Source: Promethearchaeota archaeon (GTDB taxonomy: Archaea; Asgardarchaeota; Lokiarchaeia; Sigyniarchaeales; SOKP01). From it: DNA of 64,000 nucleotides. The position numbers were made by a program, and so were the translations under genes. Positions 28,226 to 39,163 of the stretch are shown here, one piece after another (positions within the stretch are counted from its first letter, which is position 1; each line of letters begins with the position of its first letter). The DNA lies in assembly GCA_019057795.1 (NCBI GenBank), contig JAHLWS010000049.1, forward strand, positions 64,001 through 128,000, read 5' to 3'. The notes beneath the pieces are model-generated. The model worked only from the letters and a program-made list of their open reading frames with translations. It did not search any database and was not told the origin of the DNA.

Positions 28226-28519
28226 ATGCCTATATATATACTTGCTACTAAACTTCAAAATCCTGATTTAGTAGAAAAAAGGAAAAAACAGGGTGAAAAA
28301 TATCTAGAACTAGTTAAAGAGAAAGTTCCTAATATTAAATGGATCGCACATTACGCGATCTTAGGTCCTTATGACTTTCTTGATATTTTCGAAGCAAAAA
28401 ATGAACTAGAAGCCGCAAAGGTTTCGCTGCTTTCCCGTGCTGCTGGAGCTACTTTCGCTGAGAGTTGGACAGCCATTCCATACACAGACTTTCTTAAAAT
28501 AGTTGAGGACTTGAAATAA
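28226..28519 (+). CDS. GYD-domain protein
   Basis: YAILGPYDF..IFEA, ESWTA. Confidence 0.85.
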   Translation: MPIYILATKLQNPDLVEKRKKQGEKYLELVKEKVPNIKWIAHYAILGPYDFLDIFEAKNELEAAKVSLLSRAAGATFAESWTAIPYTDFLKIVEDLK

Positions 28520-28537
28520 AATAAAGAGATATAAATT

Positions 28538-28909
28538 ATGAAGCGTTTTATCGTACAACTAGGGTTTGGCATAGATCAGCACGGACACGATGATGATTGC
28601 ACTAATGCTGCTATTAAAGCTGTTAAAAATGCTATTTCAAATAACTGTCTTACGGGATTATTAGAGATTTGTGGCTTAAAAAAACCAAAAGATCTGTTAA
28701 AAATGATTGTACATGTAAAGATTGGAGCACCTTATCCCGATAATGTTAAAAAAGAAAAAGTCTTAAACGCGATTCCGTTTGGTGAAAAATCGATTGAGAT
28801 AGAGAAGGGAGGTTTGGTTGCTAAAGGAATAATGATTAAAGAACTAGGAGATACTTCTGACAAAATAATTGTTTGTAATGCAGCTGTAACTGTATCAATC
28901 ACAGCTTAA
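28538..28909 (+). CDS. Lin0512-family protein
   Basis: LGFGIDQHG, AAIKAVKNAI, IPFG, GGL, NAAVTV. Confidence 0.85.
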   Translation: MKRFIVQLGFGIDQHGHDDDCTNAAIKAVKNAISNNCLTGLLEICGLKKPKDLLKMIVHVKIGAPYPDNVKKEKVLNAIPFGEKSIEIEKGGLVAKGIMIKELGDTSDKIIVCNAAVTVSITA

Positions 28910-28940
28910 AATTCATAAAATAAATAAAGTTGATACAATT

Positions 28941-29513
28941 ATGGCGAAAAGATGCGAATGGGCAGAAAATAATGCCCTAATGGAGGAATATCACGATAAA
29001 GAATGGGGTGCCCCTGAACATGATGACAAAATTCTATTTGAACTCTTAATTTTAGAAGGTATGCAAGCCGGTTTAAGTTGGAACACTGTACTTCAAAAAA
29101 GAGATAATTTTAGGAAAGCGTTTGATAATTTTGATTATATCAGAATTTCAAATTATGCAGAACTTAAAATTGAAGAATTAATGCAAAACAAGGGAATTAT
29201 CCGAAATCGATTAAAAATCCAATCAGTAATCTCAAACGCAAAATCATTCATTAAAATACAAGAAGAATTTAGTTCTTTTGATAACTATATATGGGGTTTT
29301 GTTAATAATAAGGTATTTCATAATTCTTGGAAAGCATTAGAAGAATTACCATCCAATACAGAACTTTCTGACAGAATTAGTAAAGATTTGAAGAAAAGAG
29401 GTTTCAAATTTGTAGGGTCAACTATAATTTACTCCTTTTTACAAGCAGTCGGAATTGTAAATGACCATACAATCTATTGTTTTCGGTATAGTGAATTAAA
29501 AAATAAAGCTTAG
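28941..29513 (+). CDS. tag: DNA-3-methyladenine glycosylase I
   Basis: RCEW, YHDKEWG, LEGMQAGLSW, GFKFVG, NDH...C. Confidence 0.95.
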   Translation: MAKRCEWAENNALMEEYHDKEWGAPEHDDKILFELLILEGMQAGLSWNTVLQKRDNFRKAFDNFDYIRISNYAELKIEELMQNKGIIRNRLKIQSVISNAKSFIKIQEEFSSFDNYIWGFVNNKVFHNSWKALEELPSNTELSDRISKDLKKRGFKFVGSTIIYSFLQAVGIVNDHTIYCFRYSELKNKA

Positions 29514-30817
29514 TTTATAATTAAATTCTCTAAACCTATTTCTTTTTCAGCATATTCTTTTAAACCATGCCATTGGGCCTCAGTCGTACCAAAATACTTA
29601 AATATCGCGATACCTAAACCAAAATCAAAACCCTTCATTTGTCTTAACATTTCATAAATATTACACTCAACGGAGTTCGTGATAGCTAGAATCGGACTAT
29701 TGAATTCGTGAATTCTCTTTTTCATATTTCTCATAAAGTACCAATAAAAAAAACCACCCACCTTGCCCCAATACCATCCGTCGTCTCGTGTTCCCATTAA
29801 ATATGGGTATTCCATTGGAGATGCCACATCCAAAATTGAAGATAATTTTGCCCAATCTTGACCTAATCTTTTTTGCGTAAACATTTTCTTAGGACCAGGA
29901 AGGCAAAACCATCCTGAAATACAATTGCTATTAACGCTTTTTATTGCGTTCTGGAGCTTTTGTGCGTATTCTGCAATTGTATCTGATTTAAACCCATACC
30001 ATTCATGACTTGTTAGTAATTTTGCTTTAGGTCCATATTTAGTTCTAAATTTTTCTAAACACCGATGGCAAGCGCATAACTCCATGAAAGCTCCATCGTA
30101 TCTAATATAATCGGCAAAGAACCCTTTTATAGGATAGCTTTTTACGACTTCTTTTGTAAGCTCTAATAAATAATTAATATGCTCGCTATTAGGACACATA
30201 AAACTTGTAGAGGGTATATAACCCTTTCCTCTTGCTCCTCTTGCCTTCCCTTGCTTCTTATCTATGTTTTCTGTTAGAAAGGGAACTTTTGATTTATATT
30301 CTTTAAATGAAACATTCTCAGGTAATTCTACTCTCATTTCTCCCTCGTCGTGTGTTGAAATATCGCCTTTTCTATATTTTATACCATGCTTTTTTCCATT
30401 TTTCCCATGAACACTAACTCGTTCAGGATGTAAATTCCCTTGGTACGCGTCGTTCATGCTTGTAAAAGAAACCATTATTTTTATATTTCTATCCTTTCCA
30501 GCATCGCAAAACTCCCCCAATATATCTCTTCCAGTGGGATTCCATCCCACATCTGTATCCCACACGCATGCTCCATCAGTATCTTTGATAACAAGCCCAA
30601 AAACATTGAAGTGACACTTATCTAATTTATTAATAACTTCAATAATATTAAGTTTTTTTTCAGCAAATTCGTAATCTAACTTCCTAAAACCTTCGACTCC
30701 TCTAACTGGCATTAATCCCATAGCATATATTCTTCTCACGCCGAATGCTGATGTTACGGTTTCAAACTTCTTAGGGTCAAACTCAATATATTCTGACCAA
30801 TCAAATTTTCTTTTCAT
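29510..30817 (-). CDS. Putative glycoside-hydrolase-like TIM-barrel protein
   Basis: RDILGEF..A, CPNS, GFFADYIRY, CACHRC insert, DVASPMEY. Confidence 0.55.
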   Translation of the reverse strand: MKRKFDWSEYIEFDPKKFETVTSAFGVRRIYAMGLMPVRGVEGFRKLDYEFAEKKLNIIEVINKLDKCHFNVFGLVIKDTDGACVWDTDVGWNPTGRDILGEFCDAGKDRNIKIMVSFTSMNDAYQGNLHPERVSVHGKNGKKHGIKYRKGDISTHDEGEMRVELPENVSFKEYKSKVPFLTENIDKKQGKARGARGKGYIPSTSFMCPNSEHINYLLELTKEVVKSYPIKGFFADYIRYDGAFMELCACHRCLEKFRTKYGPKAKLLTSHEWYGFKSDTIAEYAQKLQNAIKSVNSNCISGWFCLPGPKKMFTQKRLGQDWAKLSSILDVASPMEYPYLMGTRDDGWYWGKVGGFFYWYFMRNMKKRIHEFNSPILAITNSVECNIYEMLRQMKGFDFGLGIAIFKYFGTTEAQWHGLKEYAEKEIGLENLIIN

Positions 30818-31072
30818 GTCTTCATCTCAATACACTCAAATTTTACTTTAATAAAATTAATTTAAATTTCTTAAATTTCCAAATTAGATAGTTTTTTAAC
30901 ATTGTTCTTTTAATAAATTTTTAAGACTATTTGATCTTTTAATAACAGATACACTTAAAGATTTATATTTGTAAATACGATTATTTATTATAGAAATCGA
31001 ATTAAAATATTTGTATAAATAGACGAAATATTTAAGATTTGAATTTGTGCTTGGGAGGAATACTGAACAAAA

Positions 31073-31603
31073 ATGTACGATGCAACCTTTAAGATCATTA
31101 TTTTTGGAGATGCTGGCTGTGGTAAGACCACTCTAACTCAGAGATTTTTGACTAATTTGTTTGTTTCTGATTCAAAAATGACCATTGGAGTAGATTTTGA
31201 GGTTAAGAGCTTAGAAGTTGACAAGCAGAAAGTAAAATTACAAATATGGGATTTTGGTGGAGAGGAGAGGTTTAGGTTTTTACTTCCTACATATGTTAGA
31301 GGCGCTCGGGGAGGTCTATTCTTATTTGATATAACAAATTATTCTTCCATCGCTCACATAGACGATTGGCTTAACGTTATTAGGAAAGAAATTCGAGCCG
31401 AGGATATATTTCCCATTATTGTAGTGGGCGGTAAAGCAGATTTAACAGAGAATAGGGAAGTTACAGCAGAAGACGGAATAAAAATTGCGAAATCGAGAAA
31501 TGTCGACGGTTTTATTGAAACTAGCTCTAAGACGGGAGAAAATGTTGAAAAAACGTTTGAGGCATTAACAAGGTTAATGCTTAATAATTCCAGAAGATAC
31601 TAA
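31073..31603 (+). CDS. Rab-like small GTPase with atypical G3/G4
   Basis: GDAGCGKTT, WDFGGEERF, GGKAD, TSSK. Confidence 0.93.
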   Translation: MYDATFKIIIFGDAGCGKTTLTQRFLTNLFVSDSKMTIGVDFEVKSLEVDKQKVKLQIWDFGGEERFRFLLPTYVRGARGGLFLFDITNYSSIAHIDDWLNVIRKEIRAEDIFPIIVVGGKADLTENREVTAEDGIKIAKSRNVDGFIETSSKTGENVEKTFEALTRLMLNNSRRY

Positions 31604-31690
31604 GTTAAAATAAAACTCATTTTTAAAGAATACCTTAAATCTTTTATTAAAGTATAATTTGATTACTACTATTTATTGAGAAGAATTTGG

Positions 31691-32554
31691 TTATTTATTA
31701 TTTACAGGAACCTTTTCAAGTATTCGTGTGTTAATTCTCCTATTTAAAACCATAGTCTGATATTCCATATCCTTCTTGTATAGGTTCGCAAACCTTAGAA
31801 GTTGTTCAATCATTTCGATTTCTTTATTTTCATCTCTGAAATAATATCCTCCAAAATTTGGGATTTCTGCGTACTTTTTCTTCAAACTTTCTTGTAATTC
31901 GCTAGGTAATACATCAGTTCTATCCTTTATTGCCAAATTTAAAGCTTCTGATAGTTCAATATATCTTTCTTGTTTACTAAACTGACACAAAATGCATTTT
32001 GAGCTTCTATTTTTAAGAATATATAAAATAATTATTCCAGTTAAATACCTAAAGTTATCGACTAATTCGTCGTAATTTCCTTTTTTCATGTGTTTTTTAA
32101 CTATTATTTCCGCAATTGAGTATAAACTCGAAAAATAAATCGCTCTAGAAAAGTATGCTGGATCAACACAAAACAATCTAGTAAACCAAAATGCGCTAAC
32201 ATCTTTAGGTGGATCTTCAAAAAATATGTAGTAAACTAACCTTCCTTCTCTTTCTTTATATAATGTAGATTCTTTTTTCAACATATTTAAATATGTTGAT
32301 ATGGTTGAACGCGCGATTTCTTTAAAGAATTTTTTATATTCTATTTCGACATCTCTCGTAGTTACCTTTTTTTTTCCCTCGAGATAGAATTTTAGGATTA
32401 TACCCAATATACGATTCTCGTGAAGTCTTCCTGTTTTAACTTGTGTTTCTTCCGATTCGTCTTCTCTAATGTTATAAATATCAATTAGTTCAGGAGCGAT
32501 TTCGTGAATAACTTTTTCCAAAATATAAATGTTTAATTCAGTAATTTCTAACAA
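31691..32554 (-). CDS. Winged-helix DNA-binding protein
   Basis: IARSTISTYLNML...REGRLVYY. Confidence 0.6.
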   Translation of the reverse strand: MLEITELNIYILEKVIHEIAPELIDIYNIREDESEETQVKTGRLHENRILGIILKFYLEGKKKVTTRDVEIEYKKFFKEIARSTISTYLNMLKKESTLYKEREGRLVYYIFFEDPPKDVSAFWFTRLFCVDPAYFSRAIYFSSLYSIAEIIVKKHMKKGNYDELVDNFRYLTGIIILYILKNRSSKCILCQFSKQERYIELSEALNLAIKDRTDVLPSELQESLKKKYAEIPNFGGYYFRDENKEIEMIEQLLRFANLYKKDMEYQTMVLNRRINTRILEKVPVNNK

Positions 32555-32758
32555 TCCTCAAAATTGATATTTATATTTTAATAAAAAAAATGTATACTTT
32601 TATTAATTGACTTTCTAATCAAATAGAAGATTTAATCTATTTAATGTAAGTATATTAAAAATACAATAAATAAATAGAAACAATTAATCCTTTAAAATTT
32701 AAAAAAGAAAATAAAAAAAAAAATTGAAGTTTGATTCTATTAATACTTTTATTAGGGT

Positions 32759-34588
32759 TTATTCCCCGTGTTTTTCTTTCCAGATAGGATCGTTGATTTG
32801 AAGTATCCTTCGTTGAACTTTACCAAGATTATTTTTAGGAACTTCTTGTATAAACTCGATCATCCGTGGACACTTCCATTTCGTCATGTTTTCTTGAGTC
32901 CAAGCTATTAATTCCTCTTCAGTGATCTTCCCAACATATTCGGGTTTTAATTCAACCCAAGCTTTTGTTATTTCGCCAACTTTTCCAGCAGGGTCCGGTA
33001 GACCAGAAACAGCAGCTTCTGATACGGCTTCATGCTTCATTAACATCGATTCAACTTCTTTTGGGAAAACAGAATGTCCAGCTACTTTAATTAATTGTTT
33101 TTTACGATCTCTGATTTCAATTGTGCCATCTTCGTTCATAAAACCGATGTCACCAGTTAACAACCACAGTTTACCATCGTATTTTTTGATAGTATCGTTT
33201 GTTTCTTCAGTTTGATTGAGGTATTCGTACATAACTTGGGGTCCATGGACACAAATTTCACCCGTATTTTCTTCTCCAAAATTAGTATCTTTTGGGTTTC
33301 CTAAGCATATAGGTCCTTCGTCAAAGTTTTCAGATGGCCAAATTCCCCATTCCGTACCCGGTACAGGTAGTCCAATAGTTCCGATAGGGCTTTCACCAAA
33401 TAAATTCCCTGCGCTAACAAGTGGAGTAGTTTCTGTTAATCCATAACCTTCCACAATATTTCCTCCCGTGTTTTTCACAAAAGCATCTCGAACTGGTCCA
33501 TGTAAAGGTCCAGCTCCAGACGCACATAATGTTAATTTACCCATGACTTTAGGATATTTTTCTTTTATGTTTGGAAAATCAGCTATTCGCTTAAATAAAA
33601 TCTCAGCTCCCGCATATACTAAACCTTCAGGGGCAGGTAACTCTTCAATGTGCTCTAATAATTCTTCTGTAGGTGGAGGTGTTGGAAACATCATTATCCA
33701 TCCTCCAAAAGCAATAGTAGCGTTCATAATTATTGTATGGGCAAAGCTGTGAAAGAAGGGAAGAACTCCGACATTTCCAATTCCTGGTTTCTCACCGCCT
33801 AACCAATATTTGGCCTGTTCCGCATTAGAAACCACATTAAAATGAGATAGAACAGCCGCTTTAGGTAATCCGGTTGTTCCACCCGTCATAATATATGTAG
33901 CAGGATGAGTTTTAACATCAATCTCAACTTTTGGAACGTTTGGTTCTGTTTTTAATAGATTCATAAAGCTAACAGCTCCTTGGACGTTCACTTTTCCCTT
34001 TGGGATAATTCCTAATGCCTTACCCAAAGTTCTTTTAAAGCCTAAACCGTGGGCTAAATCAGCAAGATTAGTGTAAATTACCTTCTCAACAGTACTTCTA
34101 CCTAGGATTTCACCGATATATGGTAAATTTTTCTTTATTCGAGATTTACTCTTTTCGTCAAAGAACGCATCATAAGCAATAAGAAATTTAGCTTGTGTTA
34201 CGTCTAATTGGTGTAAAATCTCTAATGGTTTGTATGTTGGATTGATTCCAGATGGAATTGCTCCAATCCTCGTTATAGCATAATATCCTATCACGTATTG
34301 AATACAATTGCCCATGAGCATCGCAACAACGTCGCCTTTTTTTACTCCGAGCTCGTGTAAAGCAGTTGCAAATCTTAACACGTAATCGTGAAATTCACTA
34401 TAAGTAACCCATGTTTCTAAAAACCAAATAAAATTTAGATCGCCATACTTTTCTACTTGCGCATCTAAAAATTGGTTTACGGTTTTTTCTTCAAATTTAA
34501 CGTTTTTTGGAACGCTATCTGGCCACCACTTTTTGAACCAGATTTTATTTTCATTTACTTGATATGTATCTTCTTTTAAAATTGGTAT
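32759..34588 (-). CDS. Long-chain acyl-CoA synthetase (probable ATA start at 34588; ORF track starts at 34381)
   Basis: TGGTTGLPK, EGYGLTE, TGDIG; in-frame upstream sequence YQVNENKIWFKKWWP aligns with the paralogue at 34803-36623. Confidence 0.92.
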   Translation of the reverse strand: MPILKEDTYQVNENKIWFKKWWPDSVPKNVKFEEKTVNQFLDAQVEKYGDLNFIWFLETWVTYSEFHDYVLRFATALHELGVKKGDVVAMLMGNCIQYVIGYYAITRIGAIPSGINPTYKPLEILHQLDVTQAKFLIAYDAFFDEKSKSRIKKNLPYIGEILGRSTVEKVIYTNLADLAHGLGFKRTLGKALGIIPKGKVNVQGAVSFMNLLKTEPNVPKVEIDVKTHPATYIMTGGTTGLPKAAVLSHFNVVSNAEQAKYWLGGEKPGIGNVGVLPFFHSFAHTIIMNATIAFGGWIMMFPTPPPTEELLEHIEELPAPEGLVYAGAEILFKRIADFPNIKEKYPKVMGKLTLCASGAGPLHGPVRDAFVKNTGGNIVEGYGLTETTPLVSAGNLFGESPIGTIGLPVPGTEWGIWPSENFDEGPICLGNPKDTNFGEENTGEICVHGPQVMYEYLNQTEETNDTIKKYDGKLWLLTGDIGFMNEDGTIEIRDRKKQLIKVAGHSVFPKEVESMLMKHEAVSEAAVSGLPDPAGKVGEITKAWVELKPEYVGKITEEELIAWTQENMTKWKCPRMIEFIQEVPKNNLGKVQRRILQINDPIWKEKHGE

Positions 34589-34802
34589 TTTTGTTCACAC
34601 ACTTTATTATGTAAAATTTTAATAGTCTAAATGTAACATATTATTATTATTTTCGTTATTCTAGATGAAAAAAATTCTCTATTAAAAAAAGATACTAATT
34701 AAATTAAAATAGAAAAATAAGACATCTATGAGTAGAGATAGTTCAAAATAAAGACACCACAACAAATCAAAATGAGTTTTTATTTAAAAAAACTTAAGAA
34801 AT

Positions 34803-36623
34803 TTATTTAGTTTCACCATACTTCTCTTTCCAGATAGGATCGTTAATTTGGAGCGCTCTTCGCTGTACTTTTCCAATTACATTTTTTGGTAAGTCTCCAA
34901 TTATAGCAATGTGTTGAGGGACCTTATAGTGAGCCATGTTTTCGTTAGCCCACTCTTTAATTGATCTAGGCGACAAATCAGAATCGTCCCTAATGGAAAC
35001 CCAAGCTTTTATTACCTCACCGTATTCATTGTGAGGTAGACCTGAAACAGCAACTTCTAATATATCGGTGTGTTTCATTAAAAGTTCTTCGACTTCTTTT
35101 GGAAAAACAGAAAACCCTTTGTACTTGATGAGTTGTTTTTTACGGTCCCTAATCTCAACGGTGCCATCTTCGTTCATAAATCCAATATCGCCAGTTAAAA
35201 GCCAAACTTTTCCGTTATATTCAATTAGCGCATCAGCAGTTTCTTCTGGTTGATTTAAATAGCCTTTCATTAGCTGAGGTCCGTAAATACATATTTCTCC
35301 GGTATTTTCAATTCCAAAATTCGCATCTTCTGGATTTCCTAAACAGATTGGACCTTTTGAAAAATCATCTGCGTGAAAAATGCCCCATTCTGTTCCTGGA
35401 AAAGGCATTCCTATGACTCCTACGGGGCTATCCCCAAATAAGTTGCCTGCACTTACCGCGGGACTGGCTTCAGATAATCCATAAGCTTCGACAATTCGAC
35501 CCCCTGTATTTTCTATAAACGCGTCTCTAACTTGTTTATGCAATGGACCAGCGCTAGATATGCACAACCTTAATTTTCCCATTACCCCAGGATACCTCCT
35601 CTTCAAATGTTTTAATTCAGCTAATTTTATAAATAAAATCTCGGCTGCTGCGTAGACCAATCCTTCCGAACACGGCAATTTTTCAATAAGTTCGCACAAC
35701 TCATCTTGGGATGGTGGTGTGGCAAAAAGCATCATCCAACCTCCGATTGCTACTGTAGTGTTCATAACAACAGTGTGGGCAAAACTATGAAATAATGGAA
35801 TTATCCCAATGTTTCCTATACCTGGCATTTCACCGCCTAACCACTGTTTACATTGCTCCGCATTTGATACGACATTAAAATGCGTCAAAACTGCAGCCTT
35901 GGGCAAGCCTGTCGTACCCCCCGTCATAATATAGGTGGCTGGGTCCTTTTTAACGTCTATCTTTACATTTATATCAGAATCTCTTGGTTCTGTTTTTAAA
36001 AGGTCTTTAAACTTAATAGCATCTTCAAAATCACATTTTCCCGTCGGGATTTTTTTCAAAAACTTTCCAAGCACTTTTTTAGTTCCAAACATCTGAGCCA
36101 AATCAGCTATATTTGTATAAATCACCATTTCAACGCTTGAATTTTCAATAATCGGATTTATACAAGGTTTGTATAACGCGTCTAATACAATAAGCATTTT
36201 TGGCTTAACAATGTCAAATTGATGTAAAATTTCAATAGGTTGATAAGTTGGATTAATTCCATTTGCGATTGCCCCTATTCTTGTAATTGCGTAATATGCT
36301 ACTACATATTGAATGCAATTTGGTAAATGAATAGCTACTACATCGCCCTTCTTTATCCCCAAATCGACTAAAGCCGTGGCAAATCTTTTTACATAATCTT
36401 GAAATTGTCTATATGTAACCCATGTATCGAGAAACCAGATTAAATTTTGATCAGGATATTTCTCAACTTGTTCGTCTAACATTTGATTTAAAGTTTTTTC
36501 TTTGAAATCTATGTTGTGTGGAACATTCGACGGCCACCACTTTTGGAACCAGCGTTTTTTCTCATCAACTTGATATGAATCGTTTAATTTTGATTCCATT
36601 TCGTAACCTTCTTTGTTTTGCAT
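34803..36623 (-). CDS. Long-chain acyl-CoA synthetase (tandem paralogue)
   Basis: TGGTTGLPK, EAYGLSE, TGDIG, PKNVIGK. Confidence 0.93.
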   Translation of the reverse strand: MQNKEGYEMESKLNDSYQVDEKKRWFQKWWPSNVPHNIDFKEKTLNQMLDEQVEKYPDQNLIWFLDTWVTYRQFQDYVKRFATALVDLGIKKGDVVAIHLPNCIQYVVAYYAITRIGAIANGINPTYQPIEILHQFDIVKPKMLIVLDALYKPCINPIIENSSVEMVIYTNIADLAQMFGTKKVLGKFLKKIPTGKCDFEDAIKFKDLLKTEPRDSDINVKIDVKKDPATYIMTGGTTGLPKAAVLTHFNVVSNAEQCKQWLGGEMPGIGNIGIIPLFHSFAHTVVMNTTVAIGGWMMLFATPPSQDELCELIEKLPCSEGLVYAAAEILFIKLAELKHLKRRYPGVMGKLRLCISSAGPLHKQVRDAFIENTGGRIVEAYGLSEASPAVSAGNLFGDSPVGVIGMPFPGTEWGIFHADDFSKGPICLGNPEDANFGIENTGEICIYGPQLMKGYLNQPEETADALIEYNGKVWLLTGDIGFMNEDGTVEIRDRKKQLIKYKGFSVFPKEVEELLMKHTDILEVAVSGLPHNEYGEVIKAWVSIRDDSDLSPRSIKEWANENMAHYKVPQHIAIIGDLPKNVIGKVQRRALQINDPIWKEKYGETK

Positions 36624-36750
36624 TATAACAATAACAATTAATTAATATCACTTTGATAACTCAGAATTTAAAATTTTCTTTAAAGTTAAAAAATTGGAAA
36701 AAAGAGAAAATAAAATAAAAAAAAAATAAAATTGTTAATTTGGTTGAGAT

Positions 36751-38847
36751 TTAAAATCTCATGTCTTTACGCCTTTTGATTAAAATGGTAGCAACACCAA
36801 CAAAACCAACGCCGGCAATTAGTAGAATTAACGCCCAGAAGCCCTTTGCTTCGAACACCATGAACACGCTGAATGTTGGATCGTGCCAAATTCCAGTTCC
36901 GTTATTAAACATTGGAAAACATACGGCATAAACTATAACATTGAAACTCACGTTCAAACTGATATCAGCAGCAAAAGTTTCTGTTTCACCAGGTGTACCT
37001 TCGTATGTTTCATGTTTATCAACTTCTGCTTCGAATAAGGCAACTGGAAGTATATTAGATTTTGCTTTGTCTTTAGTTGTTGATTCTTCAGCTCCGTAGT
37101 AATACTCGGGTCCCGCAATATCAACAAAATCTAATTTTCCTGCAATATTTTTACCAAGATAATTTCCTATTTTCAATGAATGTGTTATATTACTATAATC
37201 ATCGGTTTTATCTAATGGATCTTCTGGATCGTCACCTAAAGTATCAACTGTTAAGTGGAAATGCAATACAGTAGAGACATAAATTATGGCTAGGTCTAAA
37301 CCAGCGATTGGATTATTAGCATATGGTGCTGAAGGATCATTCCATGGAGCAAAAAATTGATCTAACTTAACTGCACCATGTAAAACAGGGATCTTTCCTC
37401 CATCCGTAGTGTCAAGTTCAATGAACTTTGGTTCGAAAGTAAATCCAAAGTGAATGTAGGCAAGAGATTCATTACGGGCTCCTAAGTACGAGTCTAAATC
37501 TACTCCAACTGGAACAGGAACAAGAGTTGCTTGATTCATAGTTAATCCCCATGAGATTTTTTTACCCTCCTTAGTAGGTAACTCAAAATCGAAATCATCA
37601 ACAGTGCCTAAAATTAATCTGTGTGTAAGTTCTGAACTATGTGGAACGTCTATTGGACTTCCATCTACTAATACTGGTATATCAGTACCAGATTGATTTA
37701 CTTGTACATAATCTGCAGAAAGCTTACCGTCTGAATTCGTATCGTTGTATAAGAAAGATCCTGCTAAATGGTGAGTGAACAAGTAAAATTCAATGTCTAA
37801 TCCCTGAAAGATTTTGGCAGGGTTAACGGGACCACTTGGCTCACTCATCATGTCCATGATTGCCCCTACATCAATATGGATTTCAAAATTTTTAACCCAA
37901 AATTGAATTAAATCAAAGGTGAACGAAGTAAAAACAGTTTCGAGAAGAGCAACATCATCAGTTTCAGTCAATAACCATTCCATGTAACTATCTTTTTTAG
38001 CTTTTGCTTTGGCATTCCATTGATCAAGTACTTCCTGTCCACCAGTTATATTTGTAATTAATCGATCGTCGTTATCAATACGCCAGTTATCTCCTGTGAC
38101 TTTCCAAGTTTTATTAATACTAAAATCACTAGAAGTAGATACTTCTAACTTTTGCCAAGTTATAGGATTTAGTACAAACAATTCTTCTCCGGTAAAGATA
38201 TCGTTGATGTGAATTAAGAACCAAGTAATTAATTCGACGCCTTCTCTGATAAGTTCTTCAGGGATTTCTTCTCCCGTTGACCCATCCATGTAAGGTCTTA
38301 CAGTTTTGAAAAAAGCGATTATTTTTTTCACTGCGTTAACAAAAGAATTATCGTTGTCCCAAATAACCAAAGTAACTCCAGCACCATAGGTTAAAGTAAA
38401 ATTGTAAGTTCCAGACTTTGTAACTTCGCAGTAGGCATAACCATGTTGACTATGATTTTCTAATCCTTCGTAATATTCGTAAGGTACCATATAATGCTCT
38501 TGTTCGTTTGTGTTAAAAACTTTAGTATCATTATAAGTATGCTCTTGTAATGCGCTTATCACGTAGACTCCAGGTAAAACTTCCTTACCGCTGAAGTTGG
38601 TTAAGACCTGCATAAATAACATATCAAAAACAGTTGCTAGTAAATTTCCTCCGTAACCTAACCCTCTAAAAATATTTCCAAAACCGCCTGAAAACCCAGA
38701 AACGACTTGGGATGGGTCTGTGATTCCGAATTGATCAAAAGTATTGTCGTTATCGTAATCGTATCCAGCTACCATCATTGGTGTGGCTGCAAAAGAAGCT
38801 ACCATTAATGTTAAAACCATTAAGGCTTTAGTGCTTACTTTTTTCAT
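36751..38847 (-). CDS. Large secreted protein with C-terminal membrane anchor (surface glycoprotein-like)
   Basis: Signal peptide, DxNxDG Ca-loop-like motif (YNDTNSDG), several N-x-S/T sequons, C-terminal TM plus KRRK. Confidence 0.75.
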   Translation of the reverse strand: MKKVSTKALMVLTLMVASFAATPMMVAGYDYDNDNTFDQFGITDPSQVVSGFSGGFGNIFRGLGYGGNLLATVFDMLFMQVLTNFSGKEVLPGVYVISALQEHTYNDTKVFNTNEQEHYMVPYEYYEGLENHSQHGYAYCEVTKSGTYNFTLTYGAGVTLVIWDNDNSFVNAVKKIIAFFKTVRPYMDGSTGEEIPEELIREGVELITWFLIHINDIFTGEELFVLNPITWQKLEVSTSSDFSINKTWKVTGDNWRIDNDDRLITNITGGQEVLDQWNAKAKAKKDSYMEWLLTETDDVALLETVFTSFTFDLIQFWVKNFEIHIDVGAIMDMMSEPSGPVNPAKIFQGLDIEFYLFTHHLAGSFLYNDTNSDGKLSADYVQVNQSGTDIPVLVDGSPIDVPHSSELTHRLILGTVDDFDFELPTKEGKKISWGLTMNQATLVPVPVGVDLDSYLGARNESLAYIHFGFTFEPKFIELDTTDGGKIPVLHGAVKLDQFFAPWNDPSAPYANNPIAGLDLAIIYVSTVLHFHLTVDTLGDDPEDPLDKTDDYSNITHSLKIGNYLGKNIAGKLDFVDIAGPEYYYGAEESTTKDKAKSNILPVALFEAEVDKHETYEGTPGETETFAADISLNVSFNVIVYAVCFPMFNNGTGIWHDPTFSVFMVFEAKGFWALILLIAGVGFVGVATILIKRRKDMRF

Positions 38848-39163
38848 TATTTATGATCACATTAATTTTTTTTTAGAATATTAATTTCTTAAAATAATAA
38901 TTAAAATCTATATTTTTAATATTTGATATTCTAGGCAATTAGAAACTTCAAAATCAAGAGTTTCAGTAGCAATATGTTTCACTCTTTTTATCCTACCCAT
39001 CGCTATTGTCTAGGTATTCACTTATATTGACATTAATTTTCCTTAAAAACGCATGTTATGCAAATTCAAAAAATCTTATATCTGATTTAACTTAATTTCT
39101 TTCATAAAATAGACTAAACATAGATATATTAAGTTATCCTTAAAATTAAAAATAAAAAGAAAG

